NCBI GenBank assembly: GCA_020445605.1
Contig: JAGRGH010000037.1
Location: 177,949 to 241,948 of the forward strand
Direction of reading: 5' to 3'
DNA length: 64,000 bases
Source: Chromatiales bacterium
Lineage (GTDB): Bacteria > Pseudomonadota > Gammaproteobacteria > JAGRGH01
Shown: one piece after another, positions 16,033-27,177 of the stretch
Position numbering within the stretch: position 1 is the first letter of the stretch
Layout: the number at the start of each line of letters is the position of its first letter
Position numbers and translations under genes: made by a program
The notes under the pieces: model-generated
What the model was told of the DNA's origin: nothing
What the model saw: only the letters and a program-made list of their open reading frames with translations
The model's database searches: none

Positions 16033-17322
16033 ATGCCGGAATTCAAACTCTGTCTCGACGGCATCGACCTCGCCACGGCGGACCAGGACAAACCGTGGAC
16101 GCTGGAACGCTACCGCGCGCGTGGTGGTTACGAGATGCTCAAACGTGTGCTTTCCGAACGCTGGGAGGCCGAGCGGATCATCGCCGAACTGAAGACCTCA
16201 TCGCTGCGTGGCCGCGGCGGGGCGGGCTTTCCGACCGGGCTCAAGTGGAGCTTCATCCGGCGCGACATTCCGGGCCAGCGCTATCTCGTCTGCAATTCCG
16301 ATGAGGGCGAACCCGGCACCTGCAAGGACCGTGAGATCCTGCGCTACAACCCGCATCTGCTGATCGAGGGCATGGCCATCGCCGGCTACACGCTGGGCGC
16401 AAGTGCCGGCTACAACTACATCCGTGGCGAGTTCATGGAACCGATCCGTCGGTTCGACGCGGCGCTGGACGAGGCGCGGGTGGCGGGGCTGCTCGGCAGC
16501 AACATTCTCGGCAGTGGCTTGGACTTCGATCTGTATTCACACGCCGGTGCCGGTGCGTACATCTGCGGGGAGGAAACCGCGCTGATCGAATCGCTCGAGG
16601 GCAAGAAGGGACAACCGCGTTTCAAGCCGCCGTTTCCCGCGAACTTCGGCCTCTATGGCCGCCCGACGGTCGTCAACAACACCGAGACCTATGCCTCCGT
16701 GCCGGCGATCCTGCGCAATGGCGGGCAGTGGTTTCTGGACATCGGCAAACCGAACAACGGCGGGCCGAAGCTGTTCTCCGTGTCCGGGCATGTCGAACGC
16801 CCGGGCAACTTCGAGGTGCCGCTCGGCACGGCGTTCAAGGAACTGCTCGCGATGGCGGGCGGAGTCTGGAAGGGGCGCAAGCTCAAGGCCGTGATCCCCG
16901 GCGGGTCTTCCGCGCCGGTTCTGCCCGGCGAGATCATGCTCGGCTGCAACATGGATTTCGATTCGCTCGCAAAGGCCGGTTCCATGCTCGGCTCCGGCGC
17001 GGTCATGGTCATGGATGAGAGCACGGACATGGTGCGGCTGCTCTATCGCATCGCGCATTTCTACTTCGAGGAATCCTGCGGACAGTGCACACCGTGCCGC
17101 GAAGGCACGGGCTGGATGGCACGCGTTGTGAAACGCATCCTCGATGGCAGGGGCCGCAGCGAGGATCTGGCCCTGCTCGACGACGTCTCGCGGCGTATTG
17201 AAGGCCGCACAATCTGTGCGCTCGGCGACGCGGCGGCCTGGCCGGTGCAGAGCTTCATCCGTCACTACCGGCACGAGTTCGAGTACTACATCGAACATGG
17301 CCGCAGTCTGCTGGCAGCCTGA
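16033..17322 (+). CDS. nuoF: NADH-quinone oxidoreductase subunit F
   Basis: 51-kDa subunit: [18 protein letters not shown] site, [13 protein letters not shown] 4Fe-4S motif. Confidence 0.95.
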   Translation: MPEFKLCLDGIDLATADQDKPWTLERYRARGGYEMLKRVLSERWEAERIIAELKTSSLRGRGGAGFPTGLKWSFIRRDIPGQRYLVCNSDEGEPGTCKDREILRYNPHLLIEGMAIAGYTLGASAGYNYIRGEFMEPIRRFDAALDEARVAGLLGSNILGSGLDFDLYSHAGAGAYICGEETALIESLEGKKGQPRFKPPFPANFGLYGRPTVVNNTETYASVPAILRNGGQWFLDIGKPNNGGPKLFSVSGHVERPGNFEVPLGTAFKELLAMAGGVWKGRKLKAVIPGGSSAPVLPGEIMLGCNMDFDSLAKAGSMLGSGAVMVMDESTDMVRLLYRIAHFYFEESCGQCTPCREGTGWMARVVKRILDGRGRSEDLALLDDVSRRIEGRTICALGDAAAWPVQSFIRHYRHEFEYYIEHGRSLLAA

Positions 17323-17336
17323 GCGCGGATATCCGG

Positions 17337-19727
17337 ATGAGCGACGAGAAGATCACGATCGAAGTCGACGGGTGCACACTCGAGGCGCGTCCCGGACAGA
17401 TGCTCATCGAGGTCACCGATGCCGCCGGCATCGACGTGCCGCGCTTCTGCTATCACAAGAAGCTTTCCATCGCGGCAAACTGCCGCATGTGCCTGGTCGA
17501 CGTCGAAAAGGCGCCGAAACCGCTGCCGGCCTGTGCAACGCCCGTGACCGCCGGAATGATTGTGCGCACGCGCTCGAACCGCGCGCTGGAAGCGCAGAAG
17601 GGCACGATGGAATTCCTGCTGATCAATCACCCGCTGGACTGCCCGATCTGCGACCAGGGCGGCGAATGCGAGCTGCAGGATGTCGCAATGGGCTATGGGC
17701 GCGATGTGTCGCGCTTCGTGGAGCGCAAGCGTGTCGTCGCCGATCCGGATCTCGGCCCGTTGATCGCCACCGACATGACGCGCTGCATCCATTGCACGCG
17801 CTGTGTGCGCTTTGGCGAGGAGATCGCCGGCATTCGCGAACTCGGTGCGACCGGCCGCGGCGAACACACGCGTATCGGCACCTATGTCGAAAAGACCGTC
17901 GATTCGGAACTGTCCGGCAACGTCATCGATCTTTGCCCGGTCGGCGCGCTGACCGCAAAGCCGTTCCGCTTCCAGGCGCGCGCCTGGGAGATGCTGGCAC
18001 GCAATGCGATCGCCGCGCACGACGGCGTGGGTTCGAACCTGCAACTGCATGTGCGCCGCCAGCGTGTGCTGCGGGTCGCGCCGCGTGACAACGAGGCGAT
18101 CAACGAGACCTGGATCTCCGACCGCGACCGCTATTCCTACGAGGGTCTCGCGAGCCCCGATCGGTTGCTGATGCCGCAGCTGCGCGTCGACGGACGCTGG
18201 CGCGAGGCGGGCTGGGACGAGGCGCTGGGTTTTGCCGCTGAACGGCTTGATGCGGTGCGCAAGTCGGCTGGCGGACCGGCGATCGGCGCGCTGGCGCACC
18301 CGATCGCAACGGTCGAATCCCTGTTCCTGTTGCAAAAGCTCGCGCGCGGGCTCGGATCGAACAATGTCGATCACCGCCTGCGCCAGGCCGATTTCAGCGC
18401 GGATGCACAGGCGCCGGTTTTCCCGTGGCTCGGCCAGACCATGGCGGAGCTCGAGCAGTGCGATGCGGCGCTGGTGGTCGGTGCAAACCTGCGCAAGGAA
18501 CAGCCGCTGCTCGCGCATCGTCTGCGCAAGACCAAACTCCGCGGTGGCTGGTTCGGGGTCGTGAACCCGGCGCGCTATGCGGTATCGCATGAGCTGGATG
18601 CCGAGTGGATCGTCGCACCCCAGCACATGACGGGCGCGCTGGCATCCATTGCACGCGCCGTTGCGGACGCGACCGGAACGCGACCGGCGGCCGGGATCGC
18701 GGGCATCGTCGAGCGCGCGGACGTTGACGATTCGACGCGTTCCATTGCACGCGCGCTGATCGAGGCCGAACGCGCAACCCTGTTGCTTGGCGCGCTTGCT
18801 ACCGCGCATCCCGAATATGCCACGCTCGCCTCGCTTGCGGATTTCATTGCGCATCAGACGGACGCGCGTTTCGGTCAGCTGCCACCGGGCGGCAATGCCG
18901 CTGGCGCGTGGATTGCCGGCTGCGTACCGCATCGCGTCGAGGCGGGGGTGGCCGTGGACGGTCCGGCCGGACTGGCGGCGCGGTCGATGCTGGACGCCGG
19001 ACTCGAGGCCTACGTGCTGCTGCACGTCGAACCCGATCGCGACCTGCTCGACCCGCGCGCGGCGATGTCCGCGCTGGCCGCGGCCGACTGTGTGGTCGCG
19101 CTGACGGCATTCGATTCGCCCGCGCTGCGCGCCGTGGCGAGCGTCATGTTGCCCGTCGGTGTCTGGGTCGAGACGCCTGGTACTTGGGTCAACTGTGCCG
19201 GGCAGTGGCAGGGCGAGGCCGCGGCGATCAACCCGCCCGGCGAAGCACGTCCGGCCTGGAAGGTGCTGCGCGTACTCGGTGAGCGGCTCGGGGTCGAGGG
19301 CGTCGCGTTCGATCGCTCCGAGGACGTGCGTAATGCGCTGGTCAGCGCCACCGCGGACCTGGTTCCCGAGGTCGGACTGCGTGGCAGTGTGGCGAGCGAA
19401 ACACCGCCTGCGGCGCCGATGTGGCGGGTCGGCGAAGTGCCGATCTACGCCGTTGATGCCGTCGTGCGTCGTGCGGAGGCCCTGCAGGCGACGCGCGATG
19501 CCGTGACTTCGACCAGCGTCGGGCTGTCGCCGGCCGATGCCACGCGCCTGGGGCTCGATGATGGCGCGCACGTGGAGGTGCATCAGGGCAATGCGCTGAC
19601 GGTGCTGCCGGTGCGCATCGATGCGGCACTGCCGGAGGGCGCGGTGGCGATCCCGTCCGGTGTCGCGGGCAGCGAGATGCTCGGCGCACAGGTCGGACCG
19701 GTGACCATCAAGGCGATCCGTGAATGA
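17337..19727 (+). CDS. nuoG: NADH-quinone oxidoreductase subunit G
   Basis: 796 aa. N-terminal 2Fe-2S and 4Fe-4S cysteine clusters ([41 protein letters not shown]); molybdopterin-like C-terminal domain. Confidence 0.95.
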   Translation: MSDEKITIEVDGCTLEARPGQMLIEVTDAAGIDVPRFCYHKKLSIAANCRMCLVDVEKAPKPLPACATPVTAGMIVRTRSNRALEAQKGTMEFLLINHPLDCPICDQGGECELQDVAMGYGRDVSRFVERKRVVADPDLGPLIATDMTRCIHCTRCVRFGEEIAGIRELGATGRGEHTRIGTYVEKTVDSELSGNVIDLCPVGALTAKPFRFQARAWEMLARNAIAAHDGVGSNLQLHVRRQRVLRVAPRDNEAINETWISDRDRYSYEGLASPDRLLMPQLRVDGRWREAGWDEALGFAAERLDAVRKSAGGPAIGALAHPIATVESLFLLQKLARGLGSNNVDHRLRQADFSADAQAPVFPWLGQTMAELEQCDAALVVGANLRKEQPLLAHRLRKTKLRGGWFGVVNPARYAVSHELDAEWIVAPQHMTGALASIARAVADATGTRPAAGIAGIVERADVDDSTRSIARALIEAERATLLLGALATAHPEYATLASLADFIAHQTDARFGQLPPGGNAAGAWIAGCVPHRVEAGVAVDGPAGLAARSMLDAGLEAYVLLHVEPDRDLLDPRAAMSALAAADCVVALTAFDSPALRAVASVMLPVGVWVETPGTWVNCAGQWQGEAAAINPPGEARPAWKVLRVLGERLGVEGVAFDRSEDVRNALVSATADLVPEVGLRGSVASETPPAAPMWRVGEVPIYAVDAVVRRAEALQATRDAVTSTSVGLSPADATRLGLDDGAHVEVHQGNALTVLPVRIDAALPEGAVAIPSGVAGSEMLGAQVGPVTIKAIRE

Positions 19728-20782
19728 TTGACAAGATCGTCGAGTTCTGGAACTGGCTGCCGGTATGGACGCATACGGTCGTCTATGTCGTGATGATTCT
19801 CGTGCCGCTGATGCTGTCGGTTGCGTACCTGACCTTTGCCGAGCGCAAGATCATCGGTTACATGCAGGTGCGCATCGGGCCGAACCGCGTCGGTCCCCGT
19901 GGCTGGCTGCAACCGATTGCCGATGCGCTGAAGCTGATGGTCAAGGAGATCGTCATCCCGACCGGCGCAAACAAGTTTCTGTTCATCCTCGCGCCGGTCA
20001 TCGCGATGGCGCCGGCGCTGGCGGCCTGGGCGGTGATTCCGTTTGATGCCGGCATCGTGCTCGCGGACATCAACGCCGGACTGCTGTATCTGCTGGCGCT
20101 GACCTCGGTCGCGGTCTACGGCGTGATCATCGCCGGCTGGGCATCCAACTCGAAGTATGCGTTCCTTGGCGCGTTGCGTTCGGCGGCGCAGATCGTCTCG
20201 TACGAAATTGCGATGGGCTTTGCGCTGGTCGCGGTGCTGATCGCGGCCGGCAGTCTGAACATGGGCGAGATCGTTCGCGCGCAGCAGGGCAGCCTGCTGC
20301 ACTGGTATTGGCTGCCGCTGTTGCCGATCCTGGTCGTGTATTTCATCTCCGCGGTCGCCGAGACCAACCGCGCGCCGTTTGACGTCGCCGAGGGTGAATC
20401 CGAGATCGTCGCGGGCTTCCATGTCGAGTACTCCGGCATGGCCTTTGCGGTGTTCTTCCTTGCCGAGTACGCGAACATGATCCTCGTCTCGGCACTGAGC
20501 GCGGTCATGTTCTTCGGCGGCTGGCTGTCGCCGTTCGAGGGCATTCCGTATCTCGAGGACTGGTTCGCCTGGGTGCCGGGGCTGTTCTGGCTGGTCGGCA
20601 AGACCGCCGTCTTCCTGTTCCTGTTCCTTTGGTTCCGTGCAACCTTCCCGCGCTATCGCTACGACCAGATCATGCGACTGGGCTGGAAGGTTTTCATTCC
20701 GATCACGATTGTGTGGCTGATCGTGGTCGCGGTCATGGTGCTCGGTGAAATGCCCTGGTGGTTCGACCGGAGGGCGGCATGA
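19724..20782 (+). CDS. nuoH: NADH-quinone oxidoreductase subunit H
   Basis: Polytopic membrane protein with ND1 motifs ([12 protein letters not shown]...[25 protein letters not shown]). Confidence 0.95.
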   Translation: MIDKIVEFWNWLPVWTHTVVYVVMILVPLMLSVAYLTFAERKIIGYMQVRIGPNRVGPRGWLQPIADALKLMVKEIVIPTGANKFLFILAPVIAMAPALAAWAVIPFDAGIVLADINAGLLYLLALTSVAVYGVIIAGWASNSKYAFLGALRSAAQIVSYEIAMGFALVAVLIAAGSLNMGEIVRAQQGSLLHWYWLPLLPILVVYFISAVAETNRAPFDVAEGESEIVAGFHVEYSGMAFAVFFLAEYANMILVSALSAVMFFGGWLSPFEGIPYLEDWFAWVPGLFWLVGKTAVFLFLFLWFRATFPRYRYDQIMRLGWKVFIPITIVWLIVVAVMVLGEMPWWFDRRAA

Positions 20783-21270
20783 TCGGCACCTTCTGGCGCT
20801 ATCTGCGCAGTCTGACGCTCGCTGAGCTGCGGCGCGGGCTCGGCGTCACGGGCCGGCACCTGTTCGCGAAGAAGTTCACGCTCCAGTACCCGGATGAGCG
20901 TGCGCCGCAGTCGCCGCGCTTCCGCGGACTGCATGCGCTGCGCCGCTACCCGAACGGCGAGGAGCGCTGCATCGCCTGCAAGCTCTGCGAGGCGGTCTGT
21001 CCGGCGCTGGCGATCACGATCGAGGCCGCACCGCGGGCCGACGGCAGCCGCCGCACCACGCGCTACGACATCGACCTGTTCAAGTGCATCTACTGCGGAT
21101 TCTGCGAGGAGGCGTGTCCGGTCGATGCCATCGTCGAGACCCGCGTGTATGAGTACCACTTTGAAAATCGCGGTGAGCATGTGATGACTAAGGACATGCT
21201 GCTGGCCATCGGCGACCGGCACGAAAATCAGCTCGCCGCCGACCGCTCGGCCGACTCGGCGTATCGGTAG
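20779..21270 (+). CDS. nuoI: NADH-quinone oxidoreductase subunit I
   Basis: Two CxxCxxCxxxCP ferredoxin motifs ([24 protein letters not shown]). ATG overlaps the nuoH stop. Confidence 0.93.
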   Translation: MIGTFWRYLRSLTLAELRRGLGVTGRHLFAKKFTLQYPDERAPQSPRFRGLHALRRYPNGEERCIACKLCEAVCPALAITIEAAPRADGSRRTTRYDIDLFKCIYCGFCEEACPVDAIVETRVYEYHFENRGEHVMTKDMLLAIGDRHENQLAADRSADSAYR

Positions 21271-21285
21271 GGCTCGGGGGCGAAC

Positions 21286-21891
21286 GTGGAACTGACCGAC
21301 ATCCTGTTTTACCTGTTTGGCGCAAACCTGCTGTTCGCGGCGGTCATGGTGATCACCGCGCGCAATCCCGTGCATTCCGCGCTGTTCCTTGTCTACGCGT
21401 TTTTTTCCAGCGCGGCGCTGTGGCTGCTGCTGGAGGCGGAGTTTCTCGCCATCGCGCTGGTGCTGGTCTACGTCGGTGCCGTGATGGTGCTGTTCCTGTT
21501 TGTCGTCATGATGCTGGACATCAACATCGCCGCGCTCCGGGCTGGATTCATACGCTACCTGCCGGTCGGCATCTTCGTGGCCGTGGCCATCGTCGCGCAG
21601 ATGGCGCTGGTCGTCGGGCCCGAGGCCTTCGGTCTCGGGCGTTTCGGTGCGCCCGGCGCCCATCCGGCCGGCTACAGCAACACCGAGGAACTCGGTGCGG
21701 TGCTGTACACGACACACATGTTCGCGTTCGAGGTGGCCGCGGTGATCCTGCTCGTTGCCATCGTGGCGGCGATTGCGCTGACGCTGCGCCGGCGCGTGGG
21801 CACGCGCAGCCAGGACCCCTCGAAGCAGGCGTCGGTGCGCGCCGCGGATCGCCTGCGCATGGTCTCCATGCCACCCGAGCGCAAGGAGTAG
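21286..21891 (+). CDS. nuoJ: NADH-quinone oxidoreductase subunit J
   Basis: 201-aa membrane subunit at the expected position; GTG start. Confidence 0.85.
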   Translation: MELTDILFYLFGANLLFAAVMVITARNPVHSALFLVYAFFSSAALWLLLEAEFLAIALVLVYVGAVMVLFLFVVMMLDINIAALRAGFIRYLPVGIFVAVAIVAQMALVVGPEAFGLGRFGAPGAHPAGYSNTEELGAVLYTTHMFAFEVAAVILLVAIVAAIALTLRRRVGTRSQDPSKQASVRAADRLRMVSMPPERKE

Positions 21892-21894
21892 GGC

Positions 21895-22200
21895 ATGGTC
21901 AGTCTGGCGCACTACCTGATTCTGGCGGCGATCCTGTTTGGCCTGAGCATCGCGGGCATTTTCATCAACCGCAAGAACGTGATCCTGCTTCTGATGTGCA
22001 TCGAGCTGATGCTGCTCGCGGTGAACATGAACTTCATCGCGTTCTCGCGCTATCTCGACGACACGACCGGTCAGGTGTTCGTGTTCTTCATCCTTACGGT
22101 GGCTGCCGCCGAGGCCGCGATCGGGCTGGCAATCCTGGTCGTGCTGTTCCGCAACCGGCGCACCATCAACGTCGCCGACCTTGGCGAGCTGAAGGGCTAG
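21895..22200 (+). CDS. nuoK: NADH-quinone oxidoreductase subunit K
   Basis: 101-aa ND4L-like 3-TM protein ([12 protein letters not shown]...[13 protein letters not shown]). Confidence 0.93.
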   Translation: MVSLAHYLILAAILFGLSIAGIFINRKNVILLLMCIELMLLAVNMNFIAFSRYLDDTTGQVFVFFILTVAAAEAAIGLAILVVLFRNRRTINVADLGELKG

Positions 22201-22203
22201 GGC

Positions 22204-24192
22204 ATGCGTGAAGTATTGCTGACCGTCATCCTCGCGCCGCTGATCGGCGCCCTGATCGCGGGGTTCTTCGGACATCGAATCGGCCGGCGCGGTGCGCACA
22301 CGGTGACCATCGCCGGCGTGGCCGCCGCGTGTGTCGCAAGCTTCTACACGCTCAAGCGGCTTGCGCTCGATGGCGACCCCGCGATCGAGATGAGCCTGTA
22401 CACCTGGGCACTCAGCGAGGGCGTGCGCTTCGAGATCGGCTTCCTGGTCGACCGGCTCACTGCGCTGATGATGGTGGTCGTGACCTTCGTGTCACTGATG
22501 GTGCACATCTACACCATCGGCTACATGGCGCACGACGAGGAGAACTGGCCCGACGATTCGCGCGTGCGCAAGCACGGCTATCAGCGGTTCTTTTCCTACA
22601 TCGCGCTGTTTACGTTCTCGATGCTGATGCTGGTCATGTCGAACAACTTCCTGCAGCTGTTCTTCGGCTGGGAGGCGGTCGGGCTGGTTTCGTATCTGCT
22701 GATCGGGTTCTACATGACGCGCGAGTCGGCGATCCGCGCGAACCTCAAGGCATTCCTGGTCAATCGGGTCGGCGATTTCGGCTTCCTGCTCGGTATCGCG
22801 GCGATCTACTACTACTTCGGCTCGCTGGATTACCGGACGGTGTTCGCGGCCGCTCCGGGTCTCGGCGATGCGACGATCCAGGTGTTCGGCGCTTCGTCCT
22901 GGTCGGTCATGACGCTGATCGGCATCCTGCTGTTCATCGGCGCGATGGGCAAGTCCGCGCAGATGCCCCTGCACGTCTGGCTGCCGGATTCCATGGAAGG
23001 CCCGACGCCCATCTCCGCGCTGATCCACGCCGCGACCATGGTCACGGCCGGGGTGTTCATGGTCGCGCGCATGTCGCCGCTCTACGAGCTTTCGGAGACT
23101 GCGCTGTCGTTCGTGCTGGTCATGGGCGGTCTTACCGCATTCATGATGGGTCTGGTCGGCATCGTGCAGAACGACATCAAACGGGTCGTCGCGTACTCGA
23201 CACTCTCGCAGCTCGGCTACATGACCGTCGCGCTCGGGGTGTCGGCCTACGCGGGCGCCATCTTCCACCTGATGACGCATGCGTTTTTCAAGGCGCTGCT
23301 GTTCCTGGCGGCCGGTTCCGTGATCATCGCGATGCACCATGATCAGGACATCCGCAACATGGGTGGTCTGCGCAAGTACATGCCGATCACCTACTGGACC
23401 TCACTGATCGGTTCGCTGGCCCTGATCGGTACGCCGGGTTTTGCCGGGTTCTTTTCCAAGGATGCGATCATCGAGGCGGTGCACCACTCGAGCCTGCCCG
23501 GAGCGGGGCTGGTCTACTGGCTGGTTCTCGGCGGCGTGTTCGTTACGGCGTTCTATTCGTTCCGGATGTTTTTCTTGGTGTTCCACGGCGAACCGCGGAT
23601 GGATGCCCACACGCGCGAGCATCTGCGCGAGTCGCCGGCGGTCGTGACCATCCCGTTGATCCTGCTCGCGATTCCGTCCGTGATGATTGGCGCGGTCACG
23701 ATCGGTCCGTTGCTGTTCGACGGCTGGTTCGGTGAGGCGATCGTGGTCTCCGCGCGGCACGATGTGTTGGCCGAACTCGGCAAGGGCTGGCATGGCGTGC
23801 TCGGCTTTGTGCAGCACGGTCTGATGGGGCCGGCGTTCTGGCTGGCCGCGGCCGGCGTGCTGGCGGCCTGGTATCTCTACCTGCGTCAGCCGGCGCTGGC
23901 CGAAACACTGCGCCAGCGTTTCTCGTTTATCCACACGATCCTCGATCGCAAGTACTGGTTCGACGAGATCTATCAGTCGCTGTTCGCCGGTGGCGGACGC
24001 GGGCTGGGGCGTGCGCTGTGGCGTGGTGGCGACGCGACACTGATCGACGGCGTGGTCGTGAACGGCTCGGCAAATCTCGTCGGTCGCATTGCCGCGGTCG
24101 TCCGTCGCGTGCAGACCGGCTATCTGTACCACTACGCATTCGCGATGATCGTCGGTCTGCTCGTGCTGCTGTCCTGGTACCTGAACGGTTGA
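22204..24192 (+). CDS. nuoL: NADH-quinone oxidoreductase subunit L
   Basis: 662-aa ND5-like antiporter subunit (WLPDSMEGPTPISALIHAATMVTAGV). Confidence 0.95.
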   Translation: MREVLLTVILAPLIGALIAGFFGHRIGRRGAHTVTIAGVAAACVASFYTLKRLALDGDPAIEMSLYTWALSEGVRFEIGFLVDRLTALMMVVVTFVSLMVHIYTIGYMAHDEENWPDDSRVRKHGYQRFFSYIALFTFSMLMLVMSNNFLQLFFGWEAVGLVSYLLIGFYMTRESAIRANLKAFLVNRVGDFGFLLGIAAIYYYFGSLDYRTVFAAAPGLGDATIQVFGASSWSVMTLIGILLFIGAMGKSAQMPLHVWLPDSMEGPTPISALIHAATMVTAGVFMVARMSPLYELSETALSFVLVMGGLTAFMMGLVGIVQNDIKRVVAYSTLSQLGYMTVALGVSAYAGAIFHLMTHAFFKALLFLAAGSVIIAMHHDQDIRNMGGLRKYMPITYWTSLIGSLALIGTPGFAGFFSKDAIIEAVHHSSLPGAGLVYWLVLGGVFVTAFYSFRMFFLVFHGEPRMDAHTREHLRESPAVVTIPLILLAIPSVMIGAVTIGPLLFDGWFGEAIVVSARHDVLAELGKGWHGVLGFVQHGLMGPAFWLAAAGVLAAWYLYLRQPALAETLRQRFSFIHTILDRKYWFDEIYQSLFAGGGRGLGRALWRGGDATLIDGVVVNGSANLVGRIAAVVRRVQTGYLYHYAFAMIVGLLVLLSWYLNG

Positions 24193-24199
24193 TCCGCGA

Positions 24200-25708
24200 A
24201 TGAACGGCTGGCCCCTGCTCAGTATTGTCATCTGGCTGCCGATCATCGGCGGTGCGCTGGTCATCGCGCTCGGCGAGCGCCGGTCCTCGGCGCGCTGGGG
24301 GGCGCTTGCGGTTGCGCTGGCGACGTTTGTTCTGAGCCTGCCGCTGTACACGAGTTTCGATACAGCGTCCGCGGCCATGCAGTTCGTCGAGCGGGTCGCA
24401 TGGATCGAACGCTTCTCGATCTACTACCACCTTGGCGTGGACGGGTTTTCGGTGCCGCTGATTCTCCTGACGACCTTCACCACGGTGCTGGTCGTGATTG
24501 CAGGCTGGGAGGTGATCACGCGCCGTACCGCGCTGTACATGGGGGCGTTCCTGGTCATGGAAGGCTTCATGAACGGGGTGTTCGCCGCGCTGGATGCGAT
24601 CCTGTTCTACGTGTTCTGGGAAGCGCTGCTGGTGCCGATGTTCCTGATCATCGGCATCTGGGGCGGACCGCGACGCGTGTACGCAACGCTCAAGTTCTTT
24701 CTGTACACGTTCTTCGGCTCGGTGTTCCTGCTCGTCGCGTTGATCTACATGTATGTGCAGTCTTCTAGCTTCGCGATCCTGGACTTCCATGCCCTCGGTC
24801 TGGGCATGACGGCGCAGACCCTGATTTTCCTCGCGTTCCTGATCGCGTTCGCGGTCAAGGTGCCGATGTGGCCGGTGCACACCTGGCTGCCGGACGCGCA
24901 CGTCGAAGCCCCCACCGGGGGGTCGGTCATTCTGGCGGCGATCATGCTGAAGCTCGGGGCCTACGGCTTCATCCGGTTCGCGCTGCCGATCACCCCGGAT
25001 GCCAGCGCGCATCTCGACTGGCTGGTGATCGGCCTGTCGCTGGTCGCCGTGGCCTACATCGGTTTCGTGGCGCTGGTCCAGGAAGACATGAAGAAGCTCA
25101 TTGCGTACTCGTCGATTGCGCACATGGGTTTCGTCACGCTCGGTCTGTTCATCGTGTTTCGCATCCTCGCGAACACCGGTGACATCCAGGACGCCCAGCT
25201 CGGGGTCGCGGGCGGGGTCGTGCAGATGATCTCCCACGGTTTCATCTCCGGCGCGCTGTTCCTGTGCGTGGGTGTGCTCTACGACCGTGTGCACAGTCGC
25301 CAGATCGCCGACTACGGTGGCGTGGTGAACACCATGCCGGTGTTCGCCGCATTCATGGTGTTCTTCGCGCTGGCGAATTCCGGCCTGCCCGGCACCTCGG
25401 GATTCGTCGGCGAGTTCATGGTGATCCTGTCGAGCTTCAAGGCCGGATTCTGGATCGCGTTCGTCGCGGCCACGACCCTGATCCTGGGCGCGGCGTATTC
25501 TCTGTGGCTGGTCAAGCGCGTGGTGTACGGGCCGGTCGGCAACGACAAGGTCGCAAACCTGCAGGATCTCTCCGCGCGCGAAGGCCTGGTGCTCGCGACC
25601 CTCGCGGTGCCGGTGCTGGTCTTCGGCGTTTGGCCTGCGCCACTGATCGAGCTGATGCAGGGGTCGGTCGAACACCTGCTCGCACACCTGACGGTCTCCA
25701 AACTCTAG
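24200..25708 (+). CDS. nuoM: NADH-quinone oxidoreductase subunit M
   Basis: 502-aa ND4-like subunit (WLPDAHVEAPTGGSVILAAIMLKLGAYG). Confidence 0.95.
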   Translation: MNGWPLLSIVIWLPIIGGALVIALGERRSSARWGALAVALATFVLSLPLYTSFDTASAAMQFVERVAWIERFSIYYHLGVDGFSVPLILLTTFTTVLVVIAGWEVITRRTALYMGAFLVMEGFMNGVFAALDAILFYVFWEALLVPMFLIIGIWGGPRRVYATLKFFLYTFFGSVFLLVALIYMYVQSSSFAILDFHALGLGMTAQTLIFLAFLIAFAVKVPMWPVHTWLPDAHVEAPTGGSVILAAIMLKLGAYGFIRFALPITPDASAHLDWLVIGLSLVAVAYIGFVALVQEDMKKLIAYSSIAHMGFVTLGLFIVFRILANTGDIQDAQLGVAGGVVQMISHGFISGALFLCVGVLYDRVHSRQIADYGGVVNTMPVFAAFMVFFALANSGLPGTSGFVGEFMVILSSFKAGFWIAFVAATTLILGAAYSLWLVKRVVYGPVGNDKVANLQDLSAREGLVLATLAVPVLVFGVWPAPLIELMQGSVEHLLAHLTVSKL

Positions 25709-25715
25709 TCGCGCC

Positions 25716-27161
25716 ATGAGTCTGATGAACGCCGACCTGCAAACCGTGTTGCCCGAGATCGTTCTGCTCACCGCGGCCTGTGTGATCCTCGTGGTGGACG
25801 TGTTTCTGGACGACCGCCGCCGCGCTTGGACCTATGCGCTGTCACAGATCACCCTGCTCGGGCTGGTCGGTCTGCTGGTGGCTGGTTATTCGAGCGAGGT
25901 ACGCACGGCCTTTTCCGGCGCCTATGTGCGCGATCCGATGAGCGATCTGCTGAAGATCGCCAGTGCCCTGGCCACGGTCGGCGTATTCGCCTATGCGCGG
26001 GATTACCTGCGCGACCGCGGCCTGCTGAAGGGCGAGTTCTTTGTGCTCGGGCTCATGGCCCAGCTTGGCACGATGGTGATCATTTCCGCGCACAGCTTCC
26101 TGATTGCGTATCTCGGCCTGGAACTGCTGTCGCTGTCGCTGTATGCGCTGGTCGCGTTCGATCGCGATTCGGGGCTTGCGAGCGAATCGGCGATGAAGTA
26201 TTTCGTGCTTGGCGCGATCGCCTCCGGCCTGCTGCTGTACGGCATATCCATGATCTACGGGGTCACGGGCAGCGTGGATTTCGCCGAGGTTTCCCGGGCG
26301 CTGACCGATGGCAACGCCGGACCGCGCATCGTGCTGGTGTTCGGTCTGGTGTTCATCGTCGTCGGCGTCGCGTTCAAGCTCGGCGCCGTGCCGTTCCACA
26401 TGTGGGTGCCGGACGTCTATCACGGCGCGCCGACTGCGGTGGCCGCACTGGTCGGCAGCGCACCGAAGATCGCCGCCGTCGCGCTGGCGCTGCGAATTCT
26501 GGGCGACGGCTTGCAGAGTCTGCATGAGGACTGGTCGGGAATGCTCGTGGTGCTGTCGGTCCTGTCGCTGGCGATCGGCAATCTGGTTGCGATTGCGCAG
26601 ACCAACATCAAGCGCATGCTGGCCTATTCGACGATCTCGCACGTCGGTTTCATCGTGCTCGGCATCCTGTCCGGAAACGAGGACGGCTATTCGGCCGCCG
26701 TGTTCTACGCCATCGTCTACGCGTTCATGGCGCTCGGTGCCTTCGGCATCGTCATTGCCCTGTCGAAGGCCGGATTCGAGGCCGAGTCGCTGGACGACTA
26801 TCGCGGGCTCAATGAGCGCAGTCCGTGGCTCGCATTCCTGATGCTGCTGATCATGTTCTCGATGGCGGGCGTGCCGCCGACCGTGGGCTTCTACGCGAAG
26901 CTGGTCGTGCTCGAGGTCGTCGTGGACGTGGGCCTGGTGTGGCTCGCGATTGTTGCTGTCGTATTCTCGGTGATCGGCGCGTTTTACTACCTGCGTATTG
27001 TCAAGCTGATGTATTTCGACGAAGCGCGCGGCGAGGCGCCCGCGCGCGGTGCGATGGATACGCGCGTGATCCTCGGCATCAACGGGCTGGCCATGCTCGT
27101 GGCCGGCGTGTTCCCTGGCGGGCTGATGGGGCTGTGCCAGACCGCGGTCGCGGCCGGCTAG
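25716..27161 (+). CDS. nuoN: NADH-quinone oxidoreductase subunit N
   Basis: 481-aa ND2-like subunit (MWVPDVYHGAPTAVAALVGSAPKIAA); last canonical nuo gene. Confidence 0.93.
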   Translation: MSLMNADLQTVLPEIVLLTAACVILVVDVFLDDRRRAWTYALSQITLLGLVGLLVAGYSSEVRTAFSGAYVRDPMSDLLKIASALATVGVFAYARDYLRDRGLLKGEFFVLGLMAQLGTMVIISAHSFLIAYLGLELLSLSLYALVAFDRDSGLASESAMKYFVLGAIASGLLLYGISMIYGVTGSVDFAEVSRALTDGNAGPRIVLVFGLVFIVVGVAFKLGAVPFHMWVPDVYHGAPTAVAALVGSAPKIAAVALALRILGDGLQSLHEDWSGMLVVLSVLSLAIGNLVAIAQTNIKRMLAYSTISHVGFIVLGILSGNEDGYSAAVFYAIVYAFMALGAFGIVIALSKAGFEAESLDDYRGLNERSPWLAFLMLLIMFSMAGVPPTVGFYAKLVVLEVVVDVGLVWLAIVAVVFSVIGAFYYLRIVKLMYFDEARGEAPARGAMDTRVILGINGLAMLVAGVFPGGLMGLCQTAVAAG

Positions 27162-27177
27162 GTCGGTCGAACGCCTC

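Noticed and set aside
17286-19583. 765-aa ORF antisense to nuoG. Similar long antisense ORFs lie at 90..1100, 1119..2621, 2709..4607, 6076..7527, 8607..9980, 14081..15451, 20659..22299, 23927..25771, 25842..27476, 28979..30196, 33334..35865, 37385..38974, 41886..44432 and 49501..51126.
   Set aside because: All lie opposite strongly supported conserved genes. They have Arg/Ala/Gly/Pro/His-dominated low-complexity translations and no recognisable domains. This is the expected consequence of high GC content suppressing stop codons on the antisense strand.
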